Source: a virus. From it: 64,000 nucleotides of DNA. The translations under genes and the position numbers were made by a program. This document shows positions 10,216-21,105 of the stretch, piece after piece (within the stretch, counting starts at the first letter, position 1; each line of letters starts with the position of its first letter). The stretch lies in IMG/VR virus record IMGVR_UViG_3300046170_000470; one strand, 5' to 3'. Under the pieces are notes generated by a model. It was not told where the DNA came from and searched no databases. It saw only the letters and a program-made list of their open reading frames with translations.

Positions 10216-10495
10216 TAGCGCTCCTTCATTAAGAAGAAATTTATTTAAACAAATACATGAAATAGTCTTCCATGGTAAAGGTGGATATGACTATGACACA
10301 ATTTACCATATGCCTATATGGTTAAGGAAGTTTACTTTTTCTGAAATAGATAAATTCTATACTAAAGAAAAAGAAACTATTGAAAACAAAAATACTTCAG
10401 GAAGTAAAAATCTTATTAACCCTGATGGTACAGTTAATACCCCTGAATTTATGAAAGCTTCTCAAGACTACAAGGGTAAAACAAGTTATAAGTAG
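10196..10495 (+). CDS. +1-frame extension of the chaperone (FFGLT...QIHEIVFHGKGGY...MPIWLRKF)
   Basis: Frame is open from the T7 run at 10195-10201, about 38 codons upstream of the first ATG at 10310. Confidence 0.6.
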   Translation, partial: FFGLTSDSAPSLRRNLFKQIHEIVFHGKGGYDYDTIYHMPIWLRKFTFSEIDKFYTKEKETIENKNTSGSKNLINPDGTVNTPEFMKASQDYKGKTSYK

Positions 10496-10520
10496 CAATA
10501 TTTATAACATATAGTTTACT

Positions 10521-12908
10521 ATGGATGAAATTAATAAGTTAAATGAGGACATTGCCAAATTAAGAAGGCAATTAGGGCAAAGCCCTATTAAACTTTTTCA
10601 AGAAAATGAAATTGAAGAAGCTAAGTTAGCTTTATCTGGATTAAAAGCAGAAATTAAGGAAATCCAAAATGATGCTGTAAATCTAGCAGGTGCATTTCGC
10701 GAAACTGTTAATGAAATAAGAAATCAAGGTAGTGCATTAAAAGATAGCACTAAAACTCTTAGGGGATTACAAAGTATATCTCAAAAAATCAAATATGATC
10801 AAGAAGGTATAGGTAAACTTTCCATAAAAGAATTACAAACACTAAAAAAACAAGCAGAACAAAGAAAATCTGACCTTAAAGAAAATTTAGATCAACTTAC
10901 TAGAAGAAGACAAGAATTAGAGTCTGGAATAAGCTTAAATAAAAAGGCAACAACTGAATTAAAAAGTATAAGAGCCGCAGAAGCATCTATTAAAAATGAA
11001 TTAGAAGGCACAATTGAGGGAAGAAAAAAAGAATTAGGATTAGTAGATAGTCTTAATATTGCTATTGATGAAAGGATAGAAAGAGAAAAAAATATCCAAA
11101 ATAGTCTAGGAATTTCAGGTGGAATTCTTAAGAGCATTGAGGGAGCCATGAATAAAATAGGTCTTGGTGCTTTATCTCAAGCTATAGGATTTAATGATAT
11201 AAATAAAGAACTTCAAGAATACGCTGAAGAATTAGAAGATTCAGAAGAAGGACTTGATGCGAACACAAAACAGTCTTTAGTACTAGGTAAAGGGTTTGAA
11301 CTTGTTGGAGATAAAGTTAAAAAAGCTTTAAGTGATCCTATGGTTGTTATAGCTATTGGATTAAAGGCTATAGGTGCTTTAACTTCTGCACTTTCAAAAG
11401 GATTTGCTAGAAGCCAAGAAAATACGGGGGCATTAGCTAAAAACTTAAATATATCTAATAAAGAAGCAATGCAATTAAGTAGAGGGATGTCTGCTGCTTC
11501 TTTTGGTTCAGATGCTTTATTTTTATCAAGTAAAGGATTAACAGAAACCCTAGTTGAAATTAATAAAGAATTAGGAACAAGTATACAATTTTCAACCCAA
11601 CAATTAGCTACCTTTACTAAACTAAGAGAAACAGCTGGATTGACTAATGAAGAGTTAATGGGTATTCAAAAACTTTCTCTTGCTAATGGTCAATCTTTTG
11701 ATGCTAATGCTGATAGTTTATTAAATCAAGTTTCAGCTTTAAATAGAGCTAGTGGAATTTATATAAACGAAAAACAAGTATTAAAAGAAATCTCATCCCT
11801 TTCAGCTGCTACTCAATTATCATTAGGTAAAAATCCAAAAGCATTAGCTGAAGCTGTTACTGTAGCTAAAGCTTTAGGTATGGAAATGTCTAAAGTTGAA
11901 AGCATTGCTGATAGTTTATTAGATTTTGAATCATCAATTAGTAATGAATTACAAGCAGAATTATTAATTGGTAGAGATATTAATTTAGAAAAAGCAAGAC
12001 AAGCTGCCTTAAATAATGATTTGGCTACTTTAGCTAAAGAAATAGCGGATCAAGCTGGAACTGCTGCTGAATTTTCTCAAATGAACAGAATCCAACAAGA
12101 TGCTATTGCTAACTCTGTTGGAATGGGTAGAGAGGAATTAGCTCAAACTTTATTTGTACAAGAACAATTAGCAGGAGCTAGTGGAGAAGAAGCAGAAAGA
12201 AGACAAAAAGTATTAGATGCTAGAATAGAAGAAGTTGGATTGGCACAAGCCCAAAGGGAATTAGAAGAGGGAGGTTTAGAAAATATGTTAAATCAAGCCA
12301 CTGCTACAGAAAAAATGCAAGCTTCTCTAGGGAAAATTAATGAATTATTTACAGCTTTAGGAGCAATGTTTGCACCTATAGTAGATATGTTTGCTAGTAT
12401 TGCTGGGTTTATAGCAGAATCTCGAACTGCTATGGTACTTTTTAGTGCAGCTATTGGAGCTGCAGTTACAGTATTAGGTGCTTTAGCCATAAAATCATTA
12501 ATTGCTGCTGCTAGTCAAATTATGTTTTCTTTTTCCCAACTTCCTTTCGGTATAGGTATTCCACTAGGTCTTGCTGCTATTGGAGCTTTAGGGGGAGTAA
12601 TATCAAGTCTAACTGCAACATCAAAAGCAGATGATATCCTTTCAGAAGGAGGAAGTGGAAGTGGTTACGGTAAAAGAATGTTATTAGCCCCTGAAGGTGC
12701 TTTTGCTCTAAATAATAAAGATACTGTTATAGCAGGAACTAATTTATTTAGAGGAGATGATGTTATATCAGCAGGAGCGGGACAAGTTAATGTATCCTCA
12801 CAAGGCAATAAAACAGGTGAAAAAACTAATATGTTATTAGAAAAATTAATTGGTCAAAATGCTAAAAAACCAGAAATATCTCCTGTGGGTTTATACGAAA
12901 TTGCTTAA
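10521..12908 (+). CDS. Tape measure protein
   Basis: 795 aa, helical and Ala/Leu/Glu-rich, with a hydrophobic C-terminal region; follows the chaperone. Confidence 0.8.
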   Translation: MDEINKLNEDIAKLRRQLGQSPIKLFQENEIEEAKLALSGLKAEIKEIQNDAVNLAGAFRETVNEIRNQGSALKDSTKTLRGLQSISQKIKYDQEGIGKLSIKELQTLKKQAEQRKSDLKENLDQLTRRRQELESGISLNKKATTELKSIRAAEASIKNELEGTIEGRKKELGLVDSLNIAIDERIEREKNIQNSLGISGGILKSIEGAMNKIGLGALSQAIGFNDINKELQEYAEELEDSEEGLDANTKQSLVLGKGFELVGDKVKKALSDPMVVIAIGLKAIGALTSALSKGFARSQENTGALAKNLNISNKEAMQLSRGMSAASFGSDALFLSSKGLTETLVEINKELGTSIQFSTQQLATFTKLRETAGLTNEELMGIQKLSLANGQSFDANADSLLNQVSALNRASGIYINEKQVLKEISSLSAATQLSLGKNPKALAEAVTVAKALGMEMSKVESIADSLLDFESSISNELQAELLIGRDINLEKARQAALNNDLATLAKEIADQAGTAAEFSQMNRIQQDAIANSVGMGREELAQTLFVQEQLAGASGEEAERRQKVLDARIEEVGLAQAQRELEEGGLENMLNQATATEKMQASLGKINELFTALGAMFAPIVDMFASIAGFIAESRTAMVLFSAAIGAAVTVLGALAIKSLIAAASQIMFSFSQLPFGIGIPLGLAAIGALGGVISSLTATSKADDILSEGGSGSGYGKRMLLAPEGAFALNNKDTVIAGTNLFRGDDVISAGAGQVNVSSQGNKTGEKTNMLLEKLIGQNAKKPEISPVGLYEIA

Positions 12909-12934
12909 TCTAATATTTATAACAAAATAAAATT

Positions 12935-13144
12935 ATGGGACTATTAAATAAATTACAATCTATAGGTTCAGTATTATCAAGAGGTAATGGTTCAACTCCA
13001 TCTACTCCTGATTTTGCTGCTTCTAAATTACACAGAAATTATTCAATTACGGGTACACCTAACATTCAAGGTAAACCTGCTGAATCAGAATTAGATTTGG
13101 ATGGAGAAACTCCCTCTAAATATATGGATAATTTACCTGAATAA
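12935..13144 (+). CDS. Small hypothetical (virion-module) protein
   Basis: ORF directly behind an ATATTTATAA motif. Confidence 0.6.
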   Translation: MGLLNKLQSIGSVLSRGNGSTPSTPDFAASKLHRNYSITGTPNIQGKPAESELDLDGETPSKYMDNLPE

Positions 13145-13155
13145 ATCTTTTATAA

Positions 13156-15037
13156 ATGGGATTAGTTGATTTAAGAACAAACTTAAAATCCCTACGATAC
13201 GGAAAAGATAAAATTGGAGGGGGGTCTAGTAACCAACCATATATCAAAACAGATATACCTGATAGCTTTTCAGACGTAGGACAAACTGGGGGGACCAGAT
13301 GTTATTTTACGAGGTGGAACTTTAGTACCTGGTAGAGCGGCTAGGGATGTTTCTAGATTAGCTCAAATGTTTTTTGATTTTAAATCAATTGGAGGTCCAT
13401 TATTTATAGCTAAACAAAATTTATTATCTCGTACTTCTGTTGCTATAAATGCTTCTAATGCTGAAGGTAATCAAGGTAAAATATTAAATGACGGTATATA
13501 TTTACCTACTTCTACTTTATTGCAAGCTGGTGGAAACGCTATAGGCCTGCATTTAAATAAACAAGGACTTAATCCTTTTATTTTTGACAAAGAAAATATT
13601 GGATATAATAAGATAATGAAACCTTTTATTTCAACTAATGAAAAAAAGGAATATGGTAGGTTAGTAGAACTTACAAATGAAAAATTATCTTTAACTTCTA
13701 CTCAATCCCAAAACCTATTTAAATATTCAGGGGGTCCTAATTCTGTATTAGGGATAGGTAAAACCAAAATTAGAAGATTTTCAAACACCACAGAAGATAG
13801 AAATTATACTGTAGGTAAGTTTTCTTTTAATAAACCCGCAGAAAATGTTCCTAGTGACTTAATTCCTAGAGATCCTAATCTTGCAGAATTATCATCAGGA
13901 GGAGACGTAAATACCACCCCCATAAAAGGATTTTACAAACCAAGTAAATATGTAAATTTAAGAGATGGAAAGTTATTAATTCCTATAGATCATCAAAAGT
14001 TTTTAGGGGTATCACCTCTTTATGCTTCTTTATTTCCTGAATCCCAAGGAAAATTAAAAGAAGGGTGGGTTCAAAATAATGTAGGAAATGGTTTAGAAGA
14101 CAAATATAGACCAAATAGATATAATAAACCCTCACAGGAAAACCCAACTATTCAAGAAGATTTTAGAACTAAAAGTGATGATCCTAAAACTTCTTCCTTT
14201 AGATTAGATTATAGTGGGGGAGATGCTAAAAATATAGAACAAAGAGTCGGTTTAGGAAATCCTGGTAAGAAAAAAACTAGAGAAGAATTAGCTAATTACC
14301 AAAAAGGTTTAGGAGAATTAGATAAAGTTAACTCATTAAGACTATACAAATCAGAAACAGTTACTTCTAACCCCGAAAAAAACGATTTAGTCAAATTTAG
14401 AATTGGAATTATTCAAAATGATGACCCATCAGAAAAGGTATTTATACATTTTAGAGCGTTTTTAGATTCTATGTCTGATGATTATAGCGCAGATTGGACA
14501 TCTGATAAATTAATGGGTAGAGGAGAAAATTTTTATAGATATAATGGGTTTGATAGAAAAATTTCATTAGGTTGGACAGTAGTAGCTCAATCTAAAGATG
14601 AATTAATTCCAATGTATCAAAAATTAAATTATTTAGCTTCAACTTTAGCCCCTGATTATTCTAAAAATATAGGGTACATGAGAGGAAATCTAGCAACTCT
14701 AACAGTTGGTGGGTATTTATATGAACAACCTGGAATTATTACAGGTTTATCTTATAGTGTTCCTGAAGAATCACCTTGGGAAATAGGTATACCAGCAAAA
14801 GGTGGAGCAGATCCAGACAACCCAGAATTTAAATCCGATAAATCAGTAAAAGAAATGCCCCATATGATTAAAGTATCTGGGTTTAACTTTATACCAATTC
14901 ACGAATTTGTCCCAAGAACACAACAGAATAGATATCTTGGAAAAGATGGAAGTTTAAGTAAATTTGGTAAAGAAAGATATATATCTTTAAATAATGGGTA
15001 TAATAATAATTATGATGGTGTAAACTATATTAAATAA
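13156..15037 (+). CDS. Baseplate/tail-tube initiator-like protein (one apparent insertion in G6 run 13288-13293)
   Basis: ATG at 13156 reads MGLVDLRTNLKSL and joins ORF 13367-15037 after removing one G; C-terminal FRAF...GRGENFYRYNGFDR...KLNYLAS..PDY tube-like domain. Confidence 0.6.
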
Positions 15038-15339
15038 TGAGAAGATACCAAGACATAAAAATATTAAATGATCTTAAAGGGAAAAGATATTATGGTACTA
15101 CTAAATACCCTGAAATACCTATATCCTTTGAAGATATTTATGTTTATACCACACAAGGAGATAGATTTGATTTATTAGCCCAACAGTATTATAGTGATTC
15201 GTCTTTATGGTGGATAATTTCTTCAGCAAATAGTGCCCTACCACAAAATTCTTACTATATTCCAGAAGGCCAACAAATTAGAATACCTCAAAATATATCT
15301 GGGGTATTATCCCAATTTAAAGCCTTAAATGAAAGATAG
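15037..15339 (+). CDS. LysM-like baseplate wedge protein (gp53/gpX-like)
   Basis: GDRFDLLAQQYYSDSSLWWII..AN...G.QIRIP. Confidence 0.8.
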   Translation: MRRYQDIKILNDLKGKRYYGTTKYPEIPISFEDIYVYTTQGDRFDLLAQQYYSDSSLWWIISSANSALPQNSYYIPEGQQIRIPQNISGVLSQFKALNER

Positions 15340-15341
15340 TT

Positions 15342-18300
15342 ATGAACGGAAATATAGTAGGAGAAGAATTTGAAAAATATGTATTTGATCAAATTGCCCA
15401 AAGGCAAAAAGACCAATACTCAGGTTATGACTCTCTTCGTACCCCTAAACAACTTCAATATTTAAATAATAAAAATGCTTGGGTTAAATTAGCCTCAGGT
15501 GTCTCAATAATCCAAGAATTAGATGAAAATAATAAAACTATACTTTATGACGGTATAGAAAGACTAAGAGATATTGTTGGTGCTGATCTTGCTGACGATT
15601 TTAAAGGAATAGAATTAGCTAAAAAAACCGTATTATTTAATGGCTTAAGTGAAACTGAACCTGCTACTTATAAAAACGAAAAAAAAGTTGAAAAAACAGC
15701 TGAATATAATTTTAGATCAGGGTATAATAATACTCAAAATATATGGAATCTTTCTTCGGTATATGGGTTAGGTGGAACTGATTTTGGTCAACAACCAATG
15801 CCTGGGATTCAATCTGTAAATGTTAAGTCTTTAAATAGAGGTTCCATTAGAGAAGCAAATGTAACACTAAAAGCCTATAATAAATTTCAATTTGCTATAA
15901 TTGAATTACTTTATTTAAGATTAGGATTTACTATGATGCTTGAATGGGGGAATGATAAGTTTATTAATAATGAAGGAGAACTCAAACAAATGGGTAATAC
16001 TATTATTGAAGATTTATGGTTCCAAAACAATAGTTATACCCAACTTCAAATGATAAATGCTATAGAAAGATATAGGGGGGAATATTCTGGGAATTATGAT
16101 GGATTCTTTGGTAAAGTAGTTAACTTTACATGGACATTTGAAGCTGATGGGAGTTATAATATCGATTTAAAATTAATAACTGTGGGAGATGTAGTTGAAT
16201 CTTTACAAGCTAATATTCCTACAAAGTCTTATGAAGTTACTACTTTAAATGCCGAACTAGAAAAAAATGAAATTTATAAAAATATTGGAGATTCTCCGAT
16301 ATCTAATGCTGCTAAAAGTAGCAAAATAGGTAAATATTTATTTGATAGTATAGGTAGGGAAAACTTATGGAATGGTTCAAATCTTGAATACTTTTCACTA
16401 AAAAATTATTTAATTGACAATACTAGAAATAGTGTAACAAATTTTAAATTTGATAAGAAAATAAATGATAAATATAACTATTTTATAACCTTTGGTGAAT
16501 TTTTAAATTGGTTTAAATTAAATATTATTCCTAATGTTAAAACTGGAATATATTTTGATAAACAATTGGGAATAGAAACTGATGAGTTTTCAAACATAGT
16601 TTGTTATTACCCTAATCAAATCTCATTAGACCCTAGGGTTTGTATTTTTAAATACATTTTTGGAAGCTTAGGAGAAACTGAGGTTCGGTATAGTATAGAT
16701 GGAGTTAAAACCCCAATGTATTTAGAAAATTTAAAAGATTATGTAACTCCAAAAAATGATACTGTTTTATATGGTCGATTAATGAATTTATATCTAAATT
16801 ATGATTTTATTTCTAAGTGTTTAAATTCTAATACTAAAGATGGTAAATTATCTATATTTAAATTTTTCCAAAAAATATGTGATGGTATAAATTCTGCTTT
16901 AGGTGGAGTTAATAATATAGAACCTATTATAAAAAATGATAAAATTATTACCTTTATAGACCAAAACCCAATCCCAGGTTATTTAGAAACTTTAGAAGGA
17001 ATAAAAGATACTGTAGATTTAGAAATTTATGGGTATAACCAATCTTCTAAATCCTCTAACTTTGTCCAAGATATTTCTTTTAAAACTGAAATTACTCCCC
17101 AATTAGCATCTATGGTTAGTATAGGAACTACTGCAGGAGGAAGTTCTACAAAAAATGAAGAGGGGACTGCTTTTTCTTATTGGAATCAAGGATTACTTGA
17201 CAGATTTCAACCCAAAATAGAGGACCCAACGGATAAAGAAATAATACCTTTAACCCCAGAAGAAGAAAGAATAGAACAATTGATAGCAACTTACGCCTTT
17301 AAATCAACGTGGTATTTATTTGCTTCTAAAGATAATAGTGAAGAAGATAAATTTAAATCCTTTACAAAACTTAAGAACATAGATGGTGATAAATTTGAAA
17401 ACCCCAGAAGAAGACATAGCATAACCTCAGATTTAGTAAAAGGAAACTATTCAGTAAAAGAATTTATAAACTTAGCTTTGGAGCAATATGCTATAACTAA
17501 TTCTAAAAACGCTTTTACCCAAGATGAATTAGCTCAAGAAGAAAGCAGTAATTATGCTATATACTTAATAAATGCTTTTGGAGGTTCATCATCTGCAAAA
17601 GTTAGATATTTAGGAAAACGTGATGCTAATGGTAATAGAAAAGTTAAAGAAAAACCATTAGCTAGTATTTCATTTCAAAATTCTAAGTACACTTTATTTG
17701 ATGACAATTTTATATCTAAAGGGAAAAAAACTTATAAAGTTTACATGAATTCCATTTCATCAGCAATTTCTAAAGATGAAGATAAAAATAGAACCCCTTC
17801 TAGTCAAATAGGATTCATCCCCGTAGGATTTGGAATCAAACTTCAAGGATTATCTGGTATAAAAATCTATAATAAACTAAATATTAATAATACTTTTTTA
17901 CCTTCACAATACCCAAAGGCATTAAAGTTTTTAATTCAAAAAGTTAATCATAGTATCCAAGATAATAATTGGGTTACTAATTTAGACACATTATCAATTC
18001 CTAAAGTAAAACAGACTGATAAAGGAGATTTAACTAATTTTTTAAATGCAATACAACAAGTTCAAACTGGATTGTTACCCCTAGAAGATAGGGGCCCCCA
18101 AAACCAAAATATTACTGAAGAATTTAAAGTAACAGGCATAGCTAGTTCAATTGAGGGTATAATTTCTCAACTTAATGAAAATGCGAAATCTTCATTTAAA
18201 GCCTTCTTTAATGATTTGTCCACTAATTATAAAGGATATACAGCATTAATAAATTCTATAGGAAGAAGTATAGAAAAATCAATAGAATTAAAACAAGAAA

Positions 18301-18608
18301 ACCCTAAAAATGCCGACCCAGGAAGATCTAAACATAACTATTATGCTTCAATAGATATGAATATCATTACACCACAAGGAAAAACTTTAACGAAAGAAGG
18401 AATGAAACATGAATGGAAAAATCATGGTTTTAATACTTTAGCTGAAAAATATAATTTAATATGGGGAGGTAGTTTTTCTACTTATGAAGATTGTATACAT
18501 TTTGAATATACATTTAAAATAGATGATGCCGTAGCAAATGCAACCTCTAAATACGGCAGTGTAGAAAACATGAAAGGTGACAATGGAAAATATGTAAAAT
18601 TAACTTAA
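15342..18608 (+). CDS. Baseplate hub-like protein with C-terminal M15-family peptidoglycan endopeptidase
   Basis: Position after LysM gene; C-terminal GRSKHNY..SIDM...WGGSF..YEDCIHFEY zinc-peptidase motifs. Confidence 0.7.
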   Translation: MNGNIVGEEFEKYVFDQIAQRQKDQYSGYDSLRTPKQLQYLNNKNAWVKLASGVSIIQELDENNKTILYDGIERLRDIVGADLADDFKGIELAKKTVLFNGLSETEPATYKNEKKVEKTAEYNFRSGYNNTQNIWNLSSVYGLGGTDFGQQPMPGIQSVNVKSLNRGSIREANVTLKAYNKFQFAIIELLYLRLGFTMMLEWGNDKFINNEGELKQMGNTIIEDLWFQNNSYTQLQMINAIERYRGEYSGNYDGFFGKVVNFTWTFEADGSYNIDLKLITVGDVVESLQANIPTKSYEVTTLNAELEKNEIYKNIGDSPISNAAKSSKIGKYLFDSIGRENLWNGSNLEYFSLKNYLIDNTRNSVTNFKFDKKINDKYNYFITFGEFLNWFKLNIIPNVKTGIYFDKQLGIETDEFSNIVCYYPNQISLDPRVCIFKYIFGSLGETEVRYSIDGVKTPMYLENLKDYVTPKNDTVLYGRLMNLYLNYDFISKCLNSNTKDGKLSIFKFFQKICDGINSALGGVNNIEPIIKNDKIITFIDQNPIPGYLETLEGIKDTVDLEIYGYNQSSKSSNFVQDISFKTEITPQLASMVSIGTTAGGSSTKNEEGTAFSYWNQGLLDRFQPKIEDPTDKEIIPLTPEEERIEQLIATYAFKSTWYLFASKDNSEEDKFKSFTKLKNIDGDKFENPRRRHSITSDLVKGNYSVKEFINLALEQYAITNSKNAFTQDELAQEESSNYAIYLINAFGGSSSAKVRYLGKRDANGNRKVKEKPLASISFQNSKYTLFDDNFISKGKKTYKVYMNSISSAISKDEDKNRTPSSQIGFIPVGFGIKLQGLSGIKIYNKLNINNTFLPSQYPKALKFLIQKVNHSIQDNNWVTNLDTLSIPKVKQTDKGDLTNFLNAIQQVQTGLLPLEDRGPQNQNITEEFKVTGIASSIEGIISQLNENAKSSFKAFFNDLSTNYKGYTALINSIGRSIEKSIELKQENPKNADPGRSKHNYYASIDMNIITPQGKTLTKEGMKHEWKNHGFNTLAEKYNLIWGGSFSTYEDCIHFEYTFKIDDAVANATSKYGSVENMKGDNGKYVKLT

Positions 18609-18609
18609 T

Positions 18610-19279
18610 ATGTACTATCCCTAAATCTCAAATAATAGAAAATCAAAAAACCAATGGGGGAGAACTCCAAAATTCTTCAACCCAACAAGATTATAAAGGA
18701 GCCTATTACCAAACATCAGATGGGTCTTTTTATTCGGGTAAAAACCCCCAAGATAGACCATCTTTCCCATTAACCCCTATTTCCCAAAATGATAACCCTA
18801 TTACTAACCCTAATAATATCACCCCCCCAGATACAGTATCTAGAAAATTTGTAGATCCTACATCAGAACCTACATCCAATAATTACTTTATAATAGATGA
18901 AAATTATTATTCATCTAAAAATATCCCTGAAGATAGAGGTGAAGCACCTAGGAAACCTAAATTTACCCTAAACACACCATCTCTTATTGATTACCAAAAT
19001 GGATATTTTACTAGATATTTTGTTAAAAAAATAAATGATAACTTATATTTAGAAGTAAATAAAAAAGAATACAATTTATTTAAAAAAACAGATCAAACCG
19101 TCCAATTTAACCTTTATATTCCAATAGAGATTACCTGGAATTTAATGGGAGATAAAATAGAAGTATTTAATAAGAATAAAACAATTGTTTCTTTAAAAGA
19201 ACAAAAAGAAAATTTACCCGGATTTACTTTATCATTTAAAAATAAATTTGATAAATATTATAAAACTGTTGGAGACTAA
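18610..19279 (+). CDS. Hypothetical virion-module protein (one apparent insertion at CCC 18619-18621; absent from ORF track)
   Basis: MYYPKSQI...TNGGE start; frame stays open to TAA at 19279 after removing one C. Confidence 0.6.
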
Positions 19280-19315
19280 ACAAATTCTTCATATATTAGG
19301 GTAAAATAAGGTTAT

Positions 19316-20593
19316 ATGTACTGGCTTGTAGAAAACGAGGAGCAGTTAAATGTTTTAATAAATAGTGGTTATAAAGAAGCTTTCATTGAGGTAATACCTT
19401 ATAATGACACAATACACCCCGTACAAAACCACGTTAGTTTAGTGTATATTAGACCGATTGAAGCGAGTAAAGGCTTTATGATATGCGTTACCCATAGTGA
19501 AGCTTTAAATGCGTTAAACACGCGTATAATCGATTTACTAAACAAATTTGATAAAATATATTGTAGGGATAAAAAACAAACATTACATTATTTTCCAATT
19601 AAAGCTCTTTATGACATAACACCACCCCCTCATACGTATATACGACCTACAACACAAACACATGATTTATACTATCGTGAACACAAAGATAATCCGGAGT
19701 TAAACTTAATTATACCGATTGTTAAACATTATGAATTGTGTGAAACGATTTTTAGAGATCTAAAAGCGAATATTAACATAGAAAAAACTAAATATGATGA
19801 ATTCTTTAACAGTAGAGTATCCGTGGTATTCAACGCCATCGAGAGAAGTGGCATACGTATACACAATGACACCTTCAGTGAATACTTCCACGCAGTTGAC
19901 GGTGAATACGTCAACACTCAGTTCAACTTAAAAACAACTACTACAAGACCTAGTAATAAATTTAAAAATGTAAATTATGCCGCACTCAACAAAGAAAACG
20001 GATGTAGAAAGAGTTTTATTCCTCGTAATAGCAAACTTGTGGAGATTGATATTTCTGCTTACCACCCTAGTTTGGCTGCTCGTCTCATTGATTATAGCTT
20101 TACCACTAGTGATATTCACGCTCATTTTGCTACCCTATATAATGTGGATTATAAAAAAGCGAAAGAGCTTACTTTTAAACAGCTTTATGGCGGAGTTTTT
20201 AAACAATATAAAGAACTCGAATTTTTTCAAAAAATAGAAAAATACGTAGGAGAGAACTGGAATAAATTCCAAAGCGACGGGTTTATAGAATGTCCGGTTT
20301 CTGGGTATGTTTATAAAAAAGAAAACTTGGGGGAGATGAATCCACAAAAGTTGTTTAATTATGTGTTACAAAATTTAGAAACATCCATGAATGTGTTGGT
20401 TTTGTGGGATATATTTCGTATATTACGGGGATACAAAACGAAGCTAGTGCTATATACTTATGATTCGTTTTTATTTGATTGGGATGAAGGAGAAACAGAA
20501 TTATTAGAGAAAATAAGAGATATTTTCAAAAAATATAAGCTAAATATTAAAGAAATAGAAGGTTATGATTACAACTTTGGAGAAACCGCTTAA
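19316..20593 (+). CDS. Compact family-A DNA polymerase-like protein
   Basis: TTTTRPS, motif A EIDISAYHP, motif B KAKELTFKQLYG, motif C LYTYDSFLFD. Confidence 0.8.
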   Translation: MYWLVENEEQLNVLINSGYKEAFIEVIPYNDTIHPVQNHVSLVYIRPIEASKGFMICVTHSEALNALNTRIIDLLNKFDKIYCRDKKQTLHYFPIKALYDITPPPHTYIRPTTQTHDLYYREHKDNPELNLIIPIVKHYELCETIFRDLKANINIEKTKYDEFFNSRVSVVFNAIERSGIRIHNDTFSEYFHAVDGEYVNTQFNLKTTTTRPSNKFKNVNYAALNKENGCRKSFIPRNSKLVEIDISAYHPSLAARLIDYSFTTSDIHAHFATLYNVDYKKAKELTFKQLYGGVFKQYKELEFFQKIEKYVGENWNKFQSDGFIECPVSGYVYKKENLGEMNPQKLFNYVLQNLETSMNVLVLWDIFRILRGYKTKLVLYTYDSFLFDWDEGETELLEKIRDIFKKYKLNIKEIEGYDYNFGETA

Positions 20594-21032
20594 TACGTAT
20601 AACGCGAAATACGACGTTATAACTAACATTCAAAATTTAAGCGACTTGAATAATAAATTATTTTGTACCTTCACCGATTTAGAGGGTCTAGATGCACTTA
20701 TAGAAAATATTACATCAAAATATAATATTATATATAACAAGCTTTTTGTACTAGAGATAGTAGGAAAAGATGAATATGTAGTAACATATAATGTTGAACA
20801 GGCTAACGTACATTCAATTCCAGAAAATACCATTTTAGTACATCGTAAAAAGGAATCTAACACCTTATATACTATTAATGCTTTAAATGAGTTAATTAAA
20901 AAATTAAATGGTGGCGTCGTAGACACCAGATATAGAGTTGATTGGCAGCATTATAGAAATTGTGTTTTACTTACTCAACACAATGAATTAAATCAACTTA
21001 ATACAAAAATTTACAAAATTATTGAACTATAG
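20565..21032 (+). CDS. Hypothetical protein
   Basis: ORF with NKLFCTF and VHRKKESNTLYTINALN; start uncertain. Confidence 0.6.
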   Translation: MITTLEKPLNTYNAKYDVITNIQNLSDLNNKLFCTFTDLEGLDALIENITSKYNIIYNKLFVLEIVGKDEYVVTYNVEQANVHSIPENTILVHRKKESNTLYTINALNELIKKLNGGVVDTRYRVDWQHYRNCVLLTQHNELNQLNTKIYKIIEL

Positions 21033-21064
21033 TTTGGCTCCCCAAATTTAAGTTCGTATATTAG
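21033..21064 (+). promoter_or_regulatory. Bacteroidota sigma70-type promoter (TTTG-N20-TATATTAG)
   Basis: GTTTGGCTCCCC...TTCGTATATTAG; near-identical copy at 37567-37599. Confidence 0.8.
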
Positions 21065-21105
21065 AGTTACATATAAACAGTTATAATTAAAAATAAGTTA
21101 CATTT

